NCBI RefSeq assembly: GCF_018350175.1 | Contig: NC_058383.1 | Location: 1-64,000, forward strand | Length of the DNA stretch: 64,000 nt | Origin: Felis catus | Lineage: Eukaryota | Direction of reading: 5' to 3' | Part shown: piece by piece, positions 50,401 through 60,980 of the stretch | Layout of the letters: the number at the start of each line of letters is the position of its first letter | Position numbering within the stretch: position 1 is the first letter of the stretch | Notes under the pieces: generated by a model | The model's database searches: none | The model's input: the letters and a program-made list of their open reading frames with translations, nothing else | What the model was told of the DNA's origin: nothing | Translations under genes and position numbers: made by a program

Positions 50401-51710
50401 CCTTAAGAGATGTCTGCTACTTCAACTGTGAAAGTGAAAAAAACCTTTCATGAAACGTCACACTTAATAGTGGCATCACTATTCCCTTGTTGAAGGGTGG
50501 CGCTCTGCATGGGTGACCTCCCACACAAAGGGGGGGGGCTGTGCGCATGTGTAAACACCCTCCCATACTGAGGTGGATGGGGCACATGTGTGAACAGTCT
50601 CCTTTGCGGAGGTGGGATGTGCCCATGAATGAACACCCTCCCACAACAAGGGGTGGTGGTGCACCTGTATGAAAAATTTTCTGTCCCGAAGGGGGGGTAT
50701 CTGTGCATGCGTGAACGCCCTCCTCCACGGAAGTGGAGTGGGGCACATTCAATATTTTCCCGCTCTGAGTGGGCAGGGCGAAACGGTGAACAGCCTCCCA
50801 TACTGACGATGGCGGGGTAATGCGTGAAACGCTCCCACACGGTGGGGGGGGGGGGAGCAAGCATGACCTAGCCCTTACCCTAACCCCTAACTGTAATGCT
50901 AACCCTACCTCTTACCTTAAGAGATGGAGTTTCTTCAGCTGTGAAAGTGAAAAGAGCCATCCATGAAACACCAGATTTAATAGTGGCATCACTACTCCCT
51001 CAGTGAGTGGTGGTGCTGTGCACGGGTCACCCCCTCCAGCGCTGCAGGGGGGCAGGACACATGCGTGAACCACCTCCCACGCCGGGAAGGGAGGCAAGCC
51101 CATGTGTTAACACCCTCCCATACCAGAGGGGTGCAGGCACATACATCAACACCCTCCCCCCTGAAGGGGGTTGGGTTGTATGAATGAACACCCTCCTGAG
51201 GTGTGGCGCATGTGTGAATGCCCTCCCGCTCCCAGGGAGGGTACAGGCATGACCTAACCCTTACCCTAACCATGAACGGCAATCCTAACCATAACCCTAA
51301 CCTTAAGAGATGCCTGCTTCTTCAGCTGTGAAAGTGAAAAGAGCCATTCATGAAACGTCATATTTAATAGTGGCATCACTACTCCTTTGCTGAGGGGGGC
51401 CCAGAACATGGATGACCCCCTCCCATGCTGAGGAGAGGCAAGGTGCATGAGTGCCTCCCTTCCGCACCTAAGGGGGGGGATGTAAGTGTGACCTAACCTT
51501 TACCCAACCCCTAACTGTAACTCTTATCCTAACCCTAACCCTAATGTAACATATGACTGCATCTTCAGCTCTGACAGTGATGAAAGCTATTCAGGAAATG
51601 TCAGATTTAGCAGGGGCATCACTACTCCCTTGCCGATGGGGGGGGTGGGTACAAGCGTGACACTCCTACATCGTGATGAGGGGTTTGAGCATTACACCCC
51701 TGCATCACCA
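47446..51710. repeat. Two-tier satellite: ~110-bp conserved core plus variable runs of ~35-bp GC-rich subrepeats
   Basis: Core (TAACCC-like)n-CTTAAGAGATG..TTCAGCTGTGAAAGTGAAAAGA.CCATTCATGAAAC.TCACATTTAATAGTGGCATCACTAC with GAAAGTGAAA at 47769, 48613, 50039, 50430, 50943, 51330 and degenerate at 51573; subrepeat ~GCATG(C/T)GTGAACACCCTCCC..GCTGAGGGGG. Confidence 0.9.
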
Positions 51711-51714
51711 AGTA

Positions 51715-51824
51715 GGTGTATCAGGCTGTCCTAGAAGGGCGAAAAATATGATTTGCATACTGTAGGCAGTTGTTAGGGCTGTGGCGATGAGCCTTCATAG
51801 TAGGGCTCAGGTACTGGTATATGA
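51715..51824 (-). pseudogene. MT-ND5: NUMT copy 2: ND5 fragment (inverted)
   Basis: Reads SYTSTWALLW*LIATALTTAYSMQIMFFALLGQP in the mitochondrial code. Confidence 0.87.
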
Positions 51825-51839
51825 TCTTAAGATCTGAAT

Positions 51840-52662
51840 ACCAAAAATAGACAACCAACTCCTAAGTTACGACCGGGTGAATTTCACAATAGAAGCAATA
51901 ATGGTAGTATGTGCAACAAGAAATATTTATCCTTGCATAAGCTTCCATCAGAGCAGATAACCATGGATAGTTAACAATAAGGTAAAAATAACCTAGCTGT
52001 AAAGTCACTATCAAACCATTGTTGACCCAACACAGATAGGCTATCAAGAAAAGATGAAAAGAAGTAAAAGAAACTCAGTCAACACAAATCCCGCCTGTTT
52101 ACCAATACAATCACCTCTAGCATTTGTAGTATTAGAGGCTCTGCCTGCCCAGGAACATTCGTGAAATGGCTGTGGTATCCTGACCATGCAAAGGTAGCAT
52201 AATCACTTGTTCCCTAAATAGTGACTCATATGAATGGCCACACGAGGGTTTTACGGTGTCTTCCAATCAGTGAAATGGACCTTCCCGTGAAGAGGCAGGA
52301 ATAGGACAAGACCCTATGGTCACTAACCATGACCCTCACCATAGCCGTCAAGCTAAACCTCATGCCAACTCTAGCCATAACCCTACACCTGACACACGTT
52401 TGAGCATGGGCACTCACTTCAGCCTTCCAGGGCAATCACAGGACTCCTGTCGCTTGGGCCCTAAGTAGGTTCCTATGGAACTTTAATTCACTGGCCTAAA
52501 GAGACTACATCAATACAACCAATAGGGACAACACATCTCCCCATGGGCCAACAATTTAGGTTGGGGTGACCTCAGAGAATAATATCCCCTCCAAGGGATT
52601 TAGATGTACACTTACCAATCAAAAGTACAACCTCACTTATTGATCCAAAATATTTGACCAAT
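51840..52662 (+). pseudogene. MT-RNR2: NUMT copy 2: 16S rRNA fragment, interrupted at 52320-52471
   Basis: cccgcctgtttacca, caaaggtagcataatca, agaccctatgg; resumes cctatggaactttaatt...ggttggggtgacctc...cacttattgatccaaaa. Confidence 0.93.
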
Positions 52663-52664
52663 AC

Positions 52665-55600
52665 TTGACACACAAAGGGCCCAAAGTGGTGCAGGAATAC
52701 TTGGCATGCAATGTGGAACATCATCATGACATTTCCAATACCCACATGGAGGTGCACAAGGGGATTTCTGAGGCCCAACCGAAGAGTGGACACAGGGGAG
52801 TCTGGCTCTGGCACGCAAGGACTAAGTCTGAACTGAAGGCTCCCATGCAGCCTCCAATCATCCCTTCGTAGAGACTACTGCACTGCTGGGGTTTCACCAC
52901 CTGGAACCTCCTGGACCTACCCCTAACACTAACCATGACCCTCACCATACCCCTCAACCTAAACCTCACACCAACCCTAACCATAACCCTACACCTGACA
53001 CGAATTTGTGCATGGACCAACACATCAGCCATCCAGGGCGATCACGGGACTCATGTCACTTTGGCTCTATCTACATCACTGGGGGGAACCATAACCCTAC
53101 CTAAGGCTCTCTCCCGATAAGGACCAAATTTGTAAGTCTGATATCACCACGCATATGGGGCCCAGAAGTGGTGCAGTGTTACCCCCCATGGAATGTGGAA
53201 GATCACCAGGTAATTTCCATAGGTAACAGGGAGCTGCACAAGGGGTTTGCTGAGGCCCAAGCAAAGACTGGCCCACACCTGAGGCTGGGCCTGCAGGGAG
53301 ACCAATGCACTGCTAGGGGTTGACTGCCTGAGCCTCCTGGGACCTAAAGCTAACACTAACCATGACCCTCACCATAGCTGTCAAGCTAAACCTCACGCCA
53401 ACTCTAACCATAACCCCACACCTGACACTCATTCGAGCATGGGCACTCACTTCAGCCTTCCAGGGCAATCACAGGACTCCTGTCACTTTGGCCCTATGTA
53501 GGTCCCTGGGCCGAACCATAACCCTAGCGTAGGCACTCTCCCAATGTGGACCAAATTCCGAGGTCTGATATCACCACGCATATGGGGCCCAGAAGCGGTG
53601 CAGCATTACTCGCCATGGAATGTGGAACATCAACAGGTAATTTCCAAAGTCAAGAGGGAGCTGCACAAGGGGTGTGCTGATGCCCAACCAAAGACTGGCC
53701 CACACCTGAGGTTGAACTGGGCACCCAAAGCCTTAGCCTAAAGGGCACCATACTATTTGTCCTCCACTCAGTCCTGCAGGGATACCACTGTACTGCTTGA
53801 GGTTCAGCTTCTGGGGCCTCCTTGTACCTACCCTTGACGCTATGCATCAACCTCACTGTACTCCTCAACCTCACCCTCACCCCAACTCTAATGCTAACCC
53901 TACACCTGATGCATACCTGTGCATGGACCCTTATTCAGCCCTCCATGGATATAACAGGACCAGTGTCGCTTCAGCCCTGTTTACGGCCCTGAACCGAAGC
54001 CTCACCCTAGCTATGGCTCTCTCCCATTGTGATCCGGTTCTTAACTCTGAGAACACCACTCACGTAAGGCCCAAACCCCTGCAGTATTATTTGGTATGGA
54101 ACTGGAACATCATCAGGTCATTTCCACTGCCGTGATGGAGCTGCACAAGGAGGTTGCTGAGACCCAACTGAAGACTGGGATACATGGGAGGCTGGCCCTG
54201 GCATGCAAACACCGAGACTGAACTGAAGGCTCCCTTGCAGCCTCCACTCAGCCCTCCATGGAGACCACTGAGCTGGAGGTTTCCCACCTGGAACCTCCTG
54301 GGACCTAACCCTGACACTAACCGTGACCCTCACCATACCCTCAACCTAAACCATGCACCAACTCTAAATGTAACCCTACACCTGACACGCATTTGCGCAT
54401 GAGTCCTCACTTGAGCCCTCTAGGGCGATCACAGGACTAACGTCTCTTCAGCCCTACCTACTTCCCTGGGCACAACCCTAACCCTAGCTAAGTCTCTCTC
54501 CTGATGAGGACCAAATTCATAGGTCTGATATCACCACGCATATGCGGCCCAGAAGGAGTGCAGCTTTACTCGCCATGGAACGTGGAACTTCACCAGGTAA
54601 TTTTCAAAGCTCAGAGGGAGCTGCCCAAGGGCTTTGCTGAGGCCCAAATGAACTGTGGCCCACATCCAAGGTTGGCCCTGGCACCCAAAGACTATGCCTG
54701 ACTGGCCCCCTATCATGTGTCCTCCACATAACCCTCCAGGGAGACCACTGCTGTGTTTTGGTTTCAGCATCTGGGGCCTCCTGGGATCTACCCCTAACCC
54801 TAACCATGACCCTCTCCGTACTCCTCAACCTACAACTCACTCCAATTCTAATGCTAACCCAACACCTGACTCTCACCTGCGCATCGGCCCTCATTCAGCC
54901 CTCCCCCCCTTCCCCCGCCATGGATATAATGGGACTGATGTAGCTTTGGTCTTGCTTATAGCCCTGGACAGAACCCTCACCCTAGCTATGGCTCTCTCCC
55001 AATAGGGATCCAGTTCCTAACACTGAGAACACCATGCACATAGACCCCAAACCATGACAGTATTATTCGAAATGGAATTGGAACATCATCACTTCCATGA
55101 TGGAGCTGGACAAGAAAGTTGCTGAGGCCCAACTGAAAAGTAGCACACACGGGAGCCTAGACCTGGCACACAAAGACTACGTCTGAACTGAAGGCTCCCA
55201 TGCAGCCTCCACTCAGCCCTCCGTGTAGACCACTGCACTCCTAGGGGTTCATCATCTGGGGCCTCCTTGGACCTACCCCTAACACGAAACGTGAACCTTA
55301 TCATACTCAACTAAAACCTCACCCAAAATCAAAAGCTAACCATACACCTGACCCTCACCGGCTGATGGACCCTCATTCAGCCTTCCATGGAGATAACGGG
55401 ACTCGTGTCATTTTGCCCCTGCTTACGGCTTTGGACCGAACTCTAACTCTAGCTATTGCTGTCTACCAATGGTGACCCCATTCTTAAGTCTGAGGATACC
55501 ACACATGGGGTCCATAACAGGAGGAGGATGACTCGACATGGAATGTGGAATATCACCATGTAATATCCAAAGTCAAGATGTAGTTGCAGAAGGGGGTTGC

Positions 55601-55755
55601 TGAGGCCCATCCAAAGAGTAGCCCACACCCGAGGTGGCCCCTGGCACCCAAAGACTAAGCCTGACCAGCGCCCTCCCATGCACCCTCCACTGAGCCCTCC
55701 AGGGAGACCACTGCATTTGCTTGGCGTTCAGCACCTGGTGCCTCCTGGAACCTAA
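52665..55755. repeat. Diverged FA-SAT (feline major satellite) array, about 6.5 monomers of ~480 bp
   Basis: Landmark a(g/t)g(c/a)cca at ~52771, 53253, 53680, 54160, 54640, 55125, 55603; TAACCC-variant tracts; ctagctaag.ctctc and agaagcggtgcag motifs I recall from FA-SAT. Confidence 0.85.
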
Positions 55756-55759
55756 CAAA

Positions 55760-55828
55760 TACTCTCTTCTTCCCAAATAAACCCATTTTTGCTGAGAAAA
55801 ACCGGCAGTGTTATATTTAAGGTTAACA
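55760..55828 (+). mobile_element. 3' tip of an ERV1-type LTR
   Basis: aaataaacccatttttgc...atatttaaggttaaca end. Confidence 0.45.
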
Positions 55829-56430
55829 GAACTCATAAATAAGTACACTCATAGCATACGAGATCAATACACGAACACCACGCGCACATCTACACACTCA
55901 TGACGACCCATCGGAAAGCAAAATGAAGAGACGGTCCCATTTACAACCGCATCAGAAGGAACGAAGTGCCCAGGAGGAAATCTAAGCAAGGTGGTGACAG
56001 ACCTGACCTCTGAGGACAGGACACTGGGGACAGATATGGATGAGGACGCACAGGGATGGAAAGCTACTCTGTGCTCCTGGACGTGGAGGAAACGATCTTA
56101 TGACCACGTCCCTCCTGCCTGGAGCAATCTGCAGATCCGGGACCATCGGCACCGAATTCCCACGACGCCGTCGCACATACGGGGCAGACACAGGACCCGC
56201 GCGCGGAGGTGGGAGGGACCCCGCGCGGCTGGAGCCGCGGGAGCGCGAGCACCGCCCTGGTATTTGCTCCCAGACCGCGAACCGCGTGAGGACGCGGCGG
56301 GAACCGAGTCAGCGGGAGCAGAAACACAAACGCGCGGCCCCTGGCCCCAGAGCCCGGAGAGGGAAGACGCCACAGCCTCGCTCACAGCCCCGCTGGGGAC
56401 TCCATGTCGGTGCGCAGGAAGCCGCGCGGG
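55829..56430 (+). mobile_element. L1 ORF2 fragment with strong AT-to-GC shift
   Basis: VPFTTASEGTKCPGGNLSKVVTDLTSED...WKATLCSW aligns with [28 protein letters not shown]...WKNIPCSW of the L1 at 24050-24200. Confidence 0.8.
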
Positions 56431-56524
56431 ACCCCCCCACCCCCAAACAGCGACCCCCTCGGCGTCCCTGCTCAGGAAGCTCCTCCTCCCCAGGCCTCGC
56501 TTTCTCCTCACCTGCTTCTCCCGC

Positions 56525-57312
56525 CGCGGGTCCTGAGGAGTCTGAGTTCCTGTCCCTGTGGACGCGGCTCCACGCCTTCCGGAATCCTCCACAGTGGGTC
56601 CTGTGGAGGCCGGGTTCTTATTGGCGTGGATGCGAGCCCTCGTCCTCCCAATTCCTCTGTAGCAGATCCTGAGGAGACCTGGTTCCTGCCCCTATGTTCG
56701 CGGCCCCACGTCCTCCAGAAGCCTCCACAGCTGGTCCTGAGGAGGCGGCCCCACTCCTCCTGAAACGTTCACAGCTGTTCTGAGGAGGCGGGGCTTCTGT
56801 AAGCATGGCTGCAGCCCCACCTCCTAGGAAGCTTTCACAGTGGGTTCTGAGGAGGCCGGGCTCCTGTACCTGGGGATGTGGCTCCACGTGCCCCTGAATT
56901 CCCCACAGCGAGTTCTGAGGAGGCGAGGTTCTGTCATCATGGCCACGCAGCACCACGTGCCCCCCCCCCCCAAATCTGCACAGCGGGTCCTGAGGAGACC
57001 CAGTTCCTATCCCTGTGTTCGCGGCCCCACGTCCTCCAGAAGCCTCCACAGCTGGTCCTGAGGAGGCGGCCCCACTCCTCCTGAAACTTTCAACAGCTGT
57101 TCTGAGGAGGCGGGGCTCCTGTAAGCATGGACCTGGCTGCACCTCCCAGCAAGCTTTCACAGCGAGTTCTGAGGAGGCCGGGCTCCCGTACCTGGGGATG
57201 CGGCTCCACCTGCCCCTCACTTCCCCATGGCGAGTTCTGAGGAGGCGAGGTTCCCTCATCATGGCCGCGCAGCACCACGTTCCCCCCAAAATCTGCACAG
57301 CGGGTCCGAGGA
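56525..57312. repeat. GC-rich ~68-bp minisatellite with ~320-bp higher-order duplication
   Basis: acag..g.t(c/t)ctgaggag landmark about every 68 bp; 56668-56988 repeated at 56989-57312. Confidence 0.9.
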
Positions 57313-57613
57313 GAGAGGTGCCAAGACTCCTTCACAGCCATAACTTCTAGAAGACAGATGATCCTTTCTCCTCAAGGAGGTTCATATATGTTGTCTACCT
57401 TGGATTGGCTGCCTCTGCCTGTGGTAACTCCTATGTATAAATACCTTCCCCAACTGACCAATGTTGACCCATAGGTAGGGACATCGCTATGCCCCTATTC
57501 AGCACAAAGAAGTTACAGAAGAGAAGACCTTCCCCCCTCAGGAACCTTAAAGATTTTAGGGTCAAAATTGGGCACGGGGGGAATGATGTGGGAAACAGAG
57601 GCACAGGGAAATG

Positions 57614-57615
<2 letters not shown>
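57313..57615 (+). mobile_element. ERV1 3' internal remnant, PPT and LTR start
   Basis: gcccctattcagc..agaagttacagaaga, GGGGGGAA, then TGATGTGGGAAACAGAGGCA (57582), cut by (GA)n 57617-57667. Confidence 0.6.
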
Positions 57616-57672
<57 letters not shown>

Positions 57673-57689
57673 TGGTATTAAAGAAGAGG

Positions 57690-59995
57690 TGTTATATATA
57701 CCACCTCTTCTTCATCCATTCATCCATCGATGGACATTTGGGCTCTTTCCATACTTTGGCAATTGTTGATAGTGTTGCTGTAAACATGGGGGTGCATGTG
57801 TCCCTTTGAAACAGCACACCTCTATCCTGTGGATAAATGACTAGTAGTGCAACTGCTGGGTCATAGGGTACGTCTATTTTAGTTTTTTGAAGAACCTCCA
57901 TACTGTTTTCCAGAGTGGCTGCACCAGTTTGCATTCCCATCAACAATGCAAAAGAGATCCTCTTTCTCTGCATCCTCGCCAACATCTGTTGTTGCCTGAG
58001 TTGTTAATGTTAGCCATTCTTACAGGTGTAAGGTGGTATCTCATTGTGTTTTTGCTTTGTATTTCCCTGATGATGAGTGAAGTTGAGCATTTTTTCATGT
58101 GTCGATTGGCCATCTGGTTGTCTTCTTTGGAGAAGTGTCTATTCATGTCTTTTTCCCATTTCTTCACTAGATTATTTGTTTTTTGGGTGTTGATTTTGGA
58201 TACTAACCCTTTATCTGATACGTCATTTGCAACTATCTTCTCCCATTCTGTTGGCTGCCTTTCAGTTTTGTTGATTGTCTCCTTCGCTGTGCAGAAGCGT
58301 TTTATTTTGATGAGGTCCCAGTAGTTCATTTTTGCTTTTGTTTCCCTTGCCTCCAGAGACGTGTTGAGTAAGAAGTTGCTGCGGCAAGATCAAAGAGGTT
58401 TTGCCTGCTTTCCCCTCAAGTATTTTGATGGCTTCCTGTCTTACATTGAGGTCTTTCATCCGTTTTGAGTTTGTTTTTGTGTATGGTGTAAGAAAGTGGT
58501 CCAGGTTCATTCTTCTGCATGTCGCTGTCCACTTTTCCCAGCACCACTTGCTGAAGAGACTGTCTTTATTCCATTGGATATTCTTTCCTGCTTTGCCAAA
58601 GATTAGTTGGTCATAGGTTTGTGGGTCCATTTCTGGGTTCTCTATTCTGTTCCATTGATCTGAGTGTCTGTTCTTCTGCCAGTACCATACTGTCTTGATG
58701 ATTACAGCTTTGTAGTATAGCTTGAAGTCTCGGATTGTGATGCCTCCTGCTTTGGTTTTCTTTTTCAAGTTCACTTTGGCTATTTGGGGTCTTTTCTGGT
58801 CCCATACAAATTTTAGGATTATTTGTTCTAGCTCTGTGAAGAATGCTGGTGTTACTTTGATAGATTTTGCATTGAATATGTAGATTGCTTGGGGTAGTAT
58901 CGACATTTTAACAATATTTGTTCTTCCTATCCAGGAGCATGGAATCTTTTTTTTTCCTTTTTTTGTGTCTTCTTCAATTTCTTTCATAAGCTTTCTATAG
59001 TTTTCAGTATATATATTTTTCACCTCTTTGTTAGATTTATTCCTAGGTACTTCATGGTTTTTTGTGCAACTAAAAATGGGATCCATTCCTTGATTTCTCT
59101 TTCTGTTGCTTCATTGTTGGTGTATAGGAATGCAACCTATTTCTGTGCATTGATTTTATATCCTGCAACTTGGCTGAATTCATGAATAAATTCTAGCAGT
59201 TTTTTGGTGGAATCTTTTGGGTTTTCCATATAGAGTATCATGCCATCTGCGAAGAGTGAATCTTTGACCTCTTCCTGGCTGATTTAGATGCATTTTATTT
59301 CTTTGTGTTGTCTGATTGCAGAGGCTAAGACTTCCAATACTATGTTTAATAACAGTGGCAAGAGTGGACATCCCTGTCTTGTTCCAGACCTTAAGGGGAA
59401 AGCTCTCAGTTTTTCTCCATTGAGGGTGATATTAGCGTTGGGTTGTTCATATATGGCTTTTATGATCTCAAGATATGCTCCTTCTATCCCTGCTTTCTTG
59501 AGGGTTTTTTTATCAAGAAAGGATGCTGTATTTTGTCAAATCCTTTCCCTGCATCTATTGTAAGGATCATATGGTTCTTGTACTTTCTTTTATTGATGTG
59601 ATGAATCACGTTAATTGTTTTGCGGATATTGAAACAGCCCTGCATCCCAGGTATAAATCCCACTTGGTCGTGGTGAATAATTTTTTTAATGTATTGTTGG
59701 ATCCGGTTGGCTAATATCCTGTTGAGGATTTTTGCATCCATGTTCATCACGGAAATTGGTCTATAGTTCTCCTTTTTAGTGGGAGTCTCTGTCTGGTTTT
59801 GGAATCAAGGTAGTGCTGGCTTCATAGAAAGAGTTTGGAAGTTTTCCTTCCATTTCTATTTTTTGGAACAGTTTCAAGAGAATAGGTGTTAACTCTTCCT
59901 TAAATGTTTGGTAGAATTCCCCTGGAAAGCCATCTGGCTCTGGACTCTTGGTTTTTGGCTGATTTTTTATTACTAATTTGATTTCCTTACTGGTT
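57690..59995 (-). mobile_element. Felid L1 ORF2 3' half, lacking 3'UTR and polyA
   Basis: Antisense [58 protein letters not shown]. Confidence 0.95.
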
Positions 59996-60129
59996 AACAG
60001 GAATGCAGTGTTATAGTGGATGAGAAGTGTCCGGCTGGTAGAAATGCACATCCCTGATGCTGGCTGGGGAAATGTTGTATATGTCATCAGCTATGCCAAA
60101 GATAACAAGAGAACAATGAATGATACAGG

Positions 60130-60245
60130 TACCTGCTTCTTCAGGAATTAAAGTGAAAAGAGTGATCCATGAAATATCAGATTGAAAATGTTTTTAGGTA
60201 CATGAATTTTTGAAAGATACAAAGACAGAACACAAGTAGGGCAGG

Positions 60246-60280
<35 letters not shown>

Positions 60281-60980
60281 AGACAGTATCTGAAGCAGGC
60301 TCCAGATTCAGAGCCATCAGCACAGAGGCCAACCAGGGCTCAAAACCAGAAACCAAGAGACCACGAACTGAGACCAAGTGGGACAATTAACACAATGAGA
60401 CACCCAGGCGCCAAAGAAAACAGCTGAATTAAAAGGAATATCACTGCTACATCGCGGATAAAGGGGAGCAGATGGGACACATTTGAGAAGCACTCCCGCA
60501 CCAGGGGGGATTGCAACCATGACCTAAACCTTACGCTGACACCTAATATTAATCCTAACCATAACCCTTACCTTAAGAAACGCCTGCTTCTTCAGATGTG
60601 AAAGCGAAAAGAGCCATTCATGAAACATCAGATGAAAAACTGGCATCATGAATCCCAATCTAAGGAGTGGCGAGGCACAGGGGTGATACCGTCACACGCA
60701 AAGGGTGTGGAGGGACACATGTGTGAATGCACCCCATGCATTGAAAATGGATGCAGCAGTATGTGAATTGTTACCATACGGAGAGAGGGAGGGGTGACAG
60801 TGTGAAAGAATCCAGAGTCAAGTGAGCATGAGGCGAGGGGAGAACAACCTCCAGTGCAGAGAGACATTGACAATATCATTAACACATTCCCACACAGATG
60901 GAGGGCGGTGTCCAATATGAACACCCTCACGCTCCAAGAAGGGGGCAAGCATGACTGACTCCTTGCCCTAGGACTAACCA
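60130..60980. repeat. Second block of the two-tier satellite, with Can-SINE (-) at 60190-60412
   Basis: Cores at ~60150 (split by the SINE) and ~60600 (GAAAGCGAAAAGAGCCATTCATGAAAC); diverged 35-bp subrepeats. Confidence 0.85.

Noticed and set aside
47446..51710. CRISPR-like array (conserved repeats with variable spacers)
   Set aside because: Mammalian DNA with no cas genes; the repeats are ~110 bp and the spacers are 130-1300 bp tandem subrepeats, not unique sequences
46733..52662. Functional rRNA genes or mitochondrial contamination
   Set aside because: Partial, diverged in conserved 16S motifs, fused to inverted ND5 with a stop, and embedded in nuclear repeats
55991..57350. Protein-coding gene from 160-226 aa ORFs
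   Set aside because: Overlapping ORFs on both strands are explained by the GC-shifted L1 and tandem repeats; no recognisable domain
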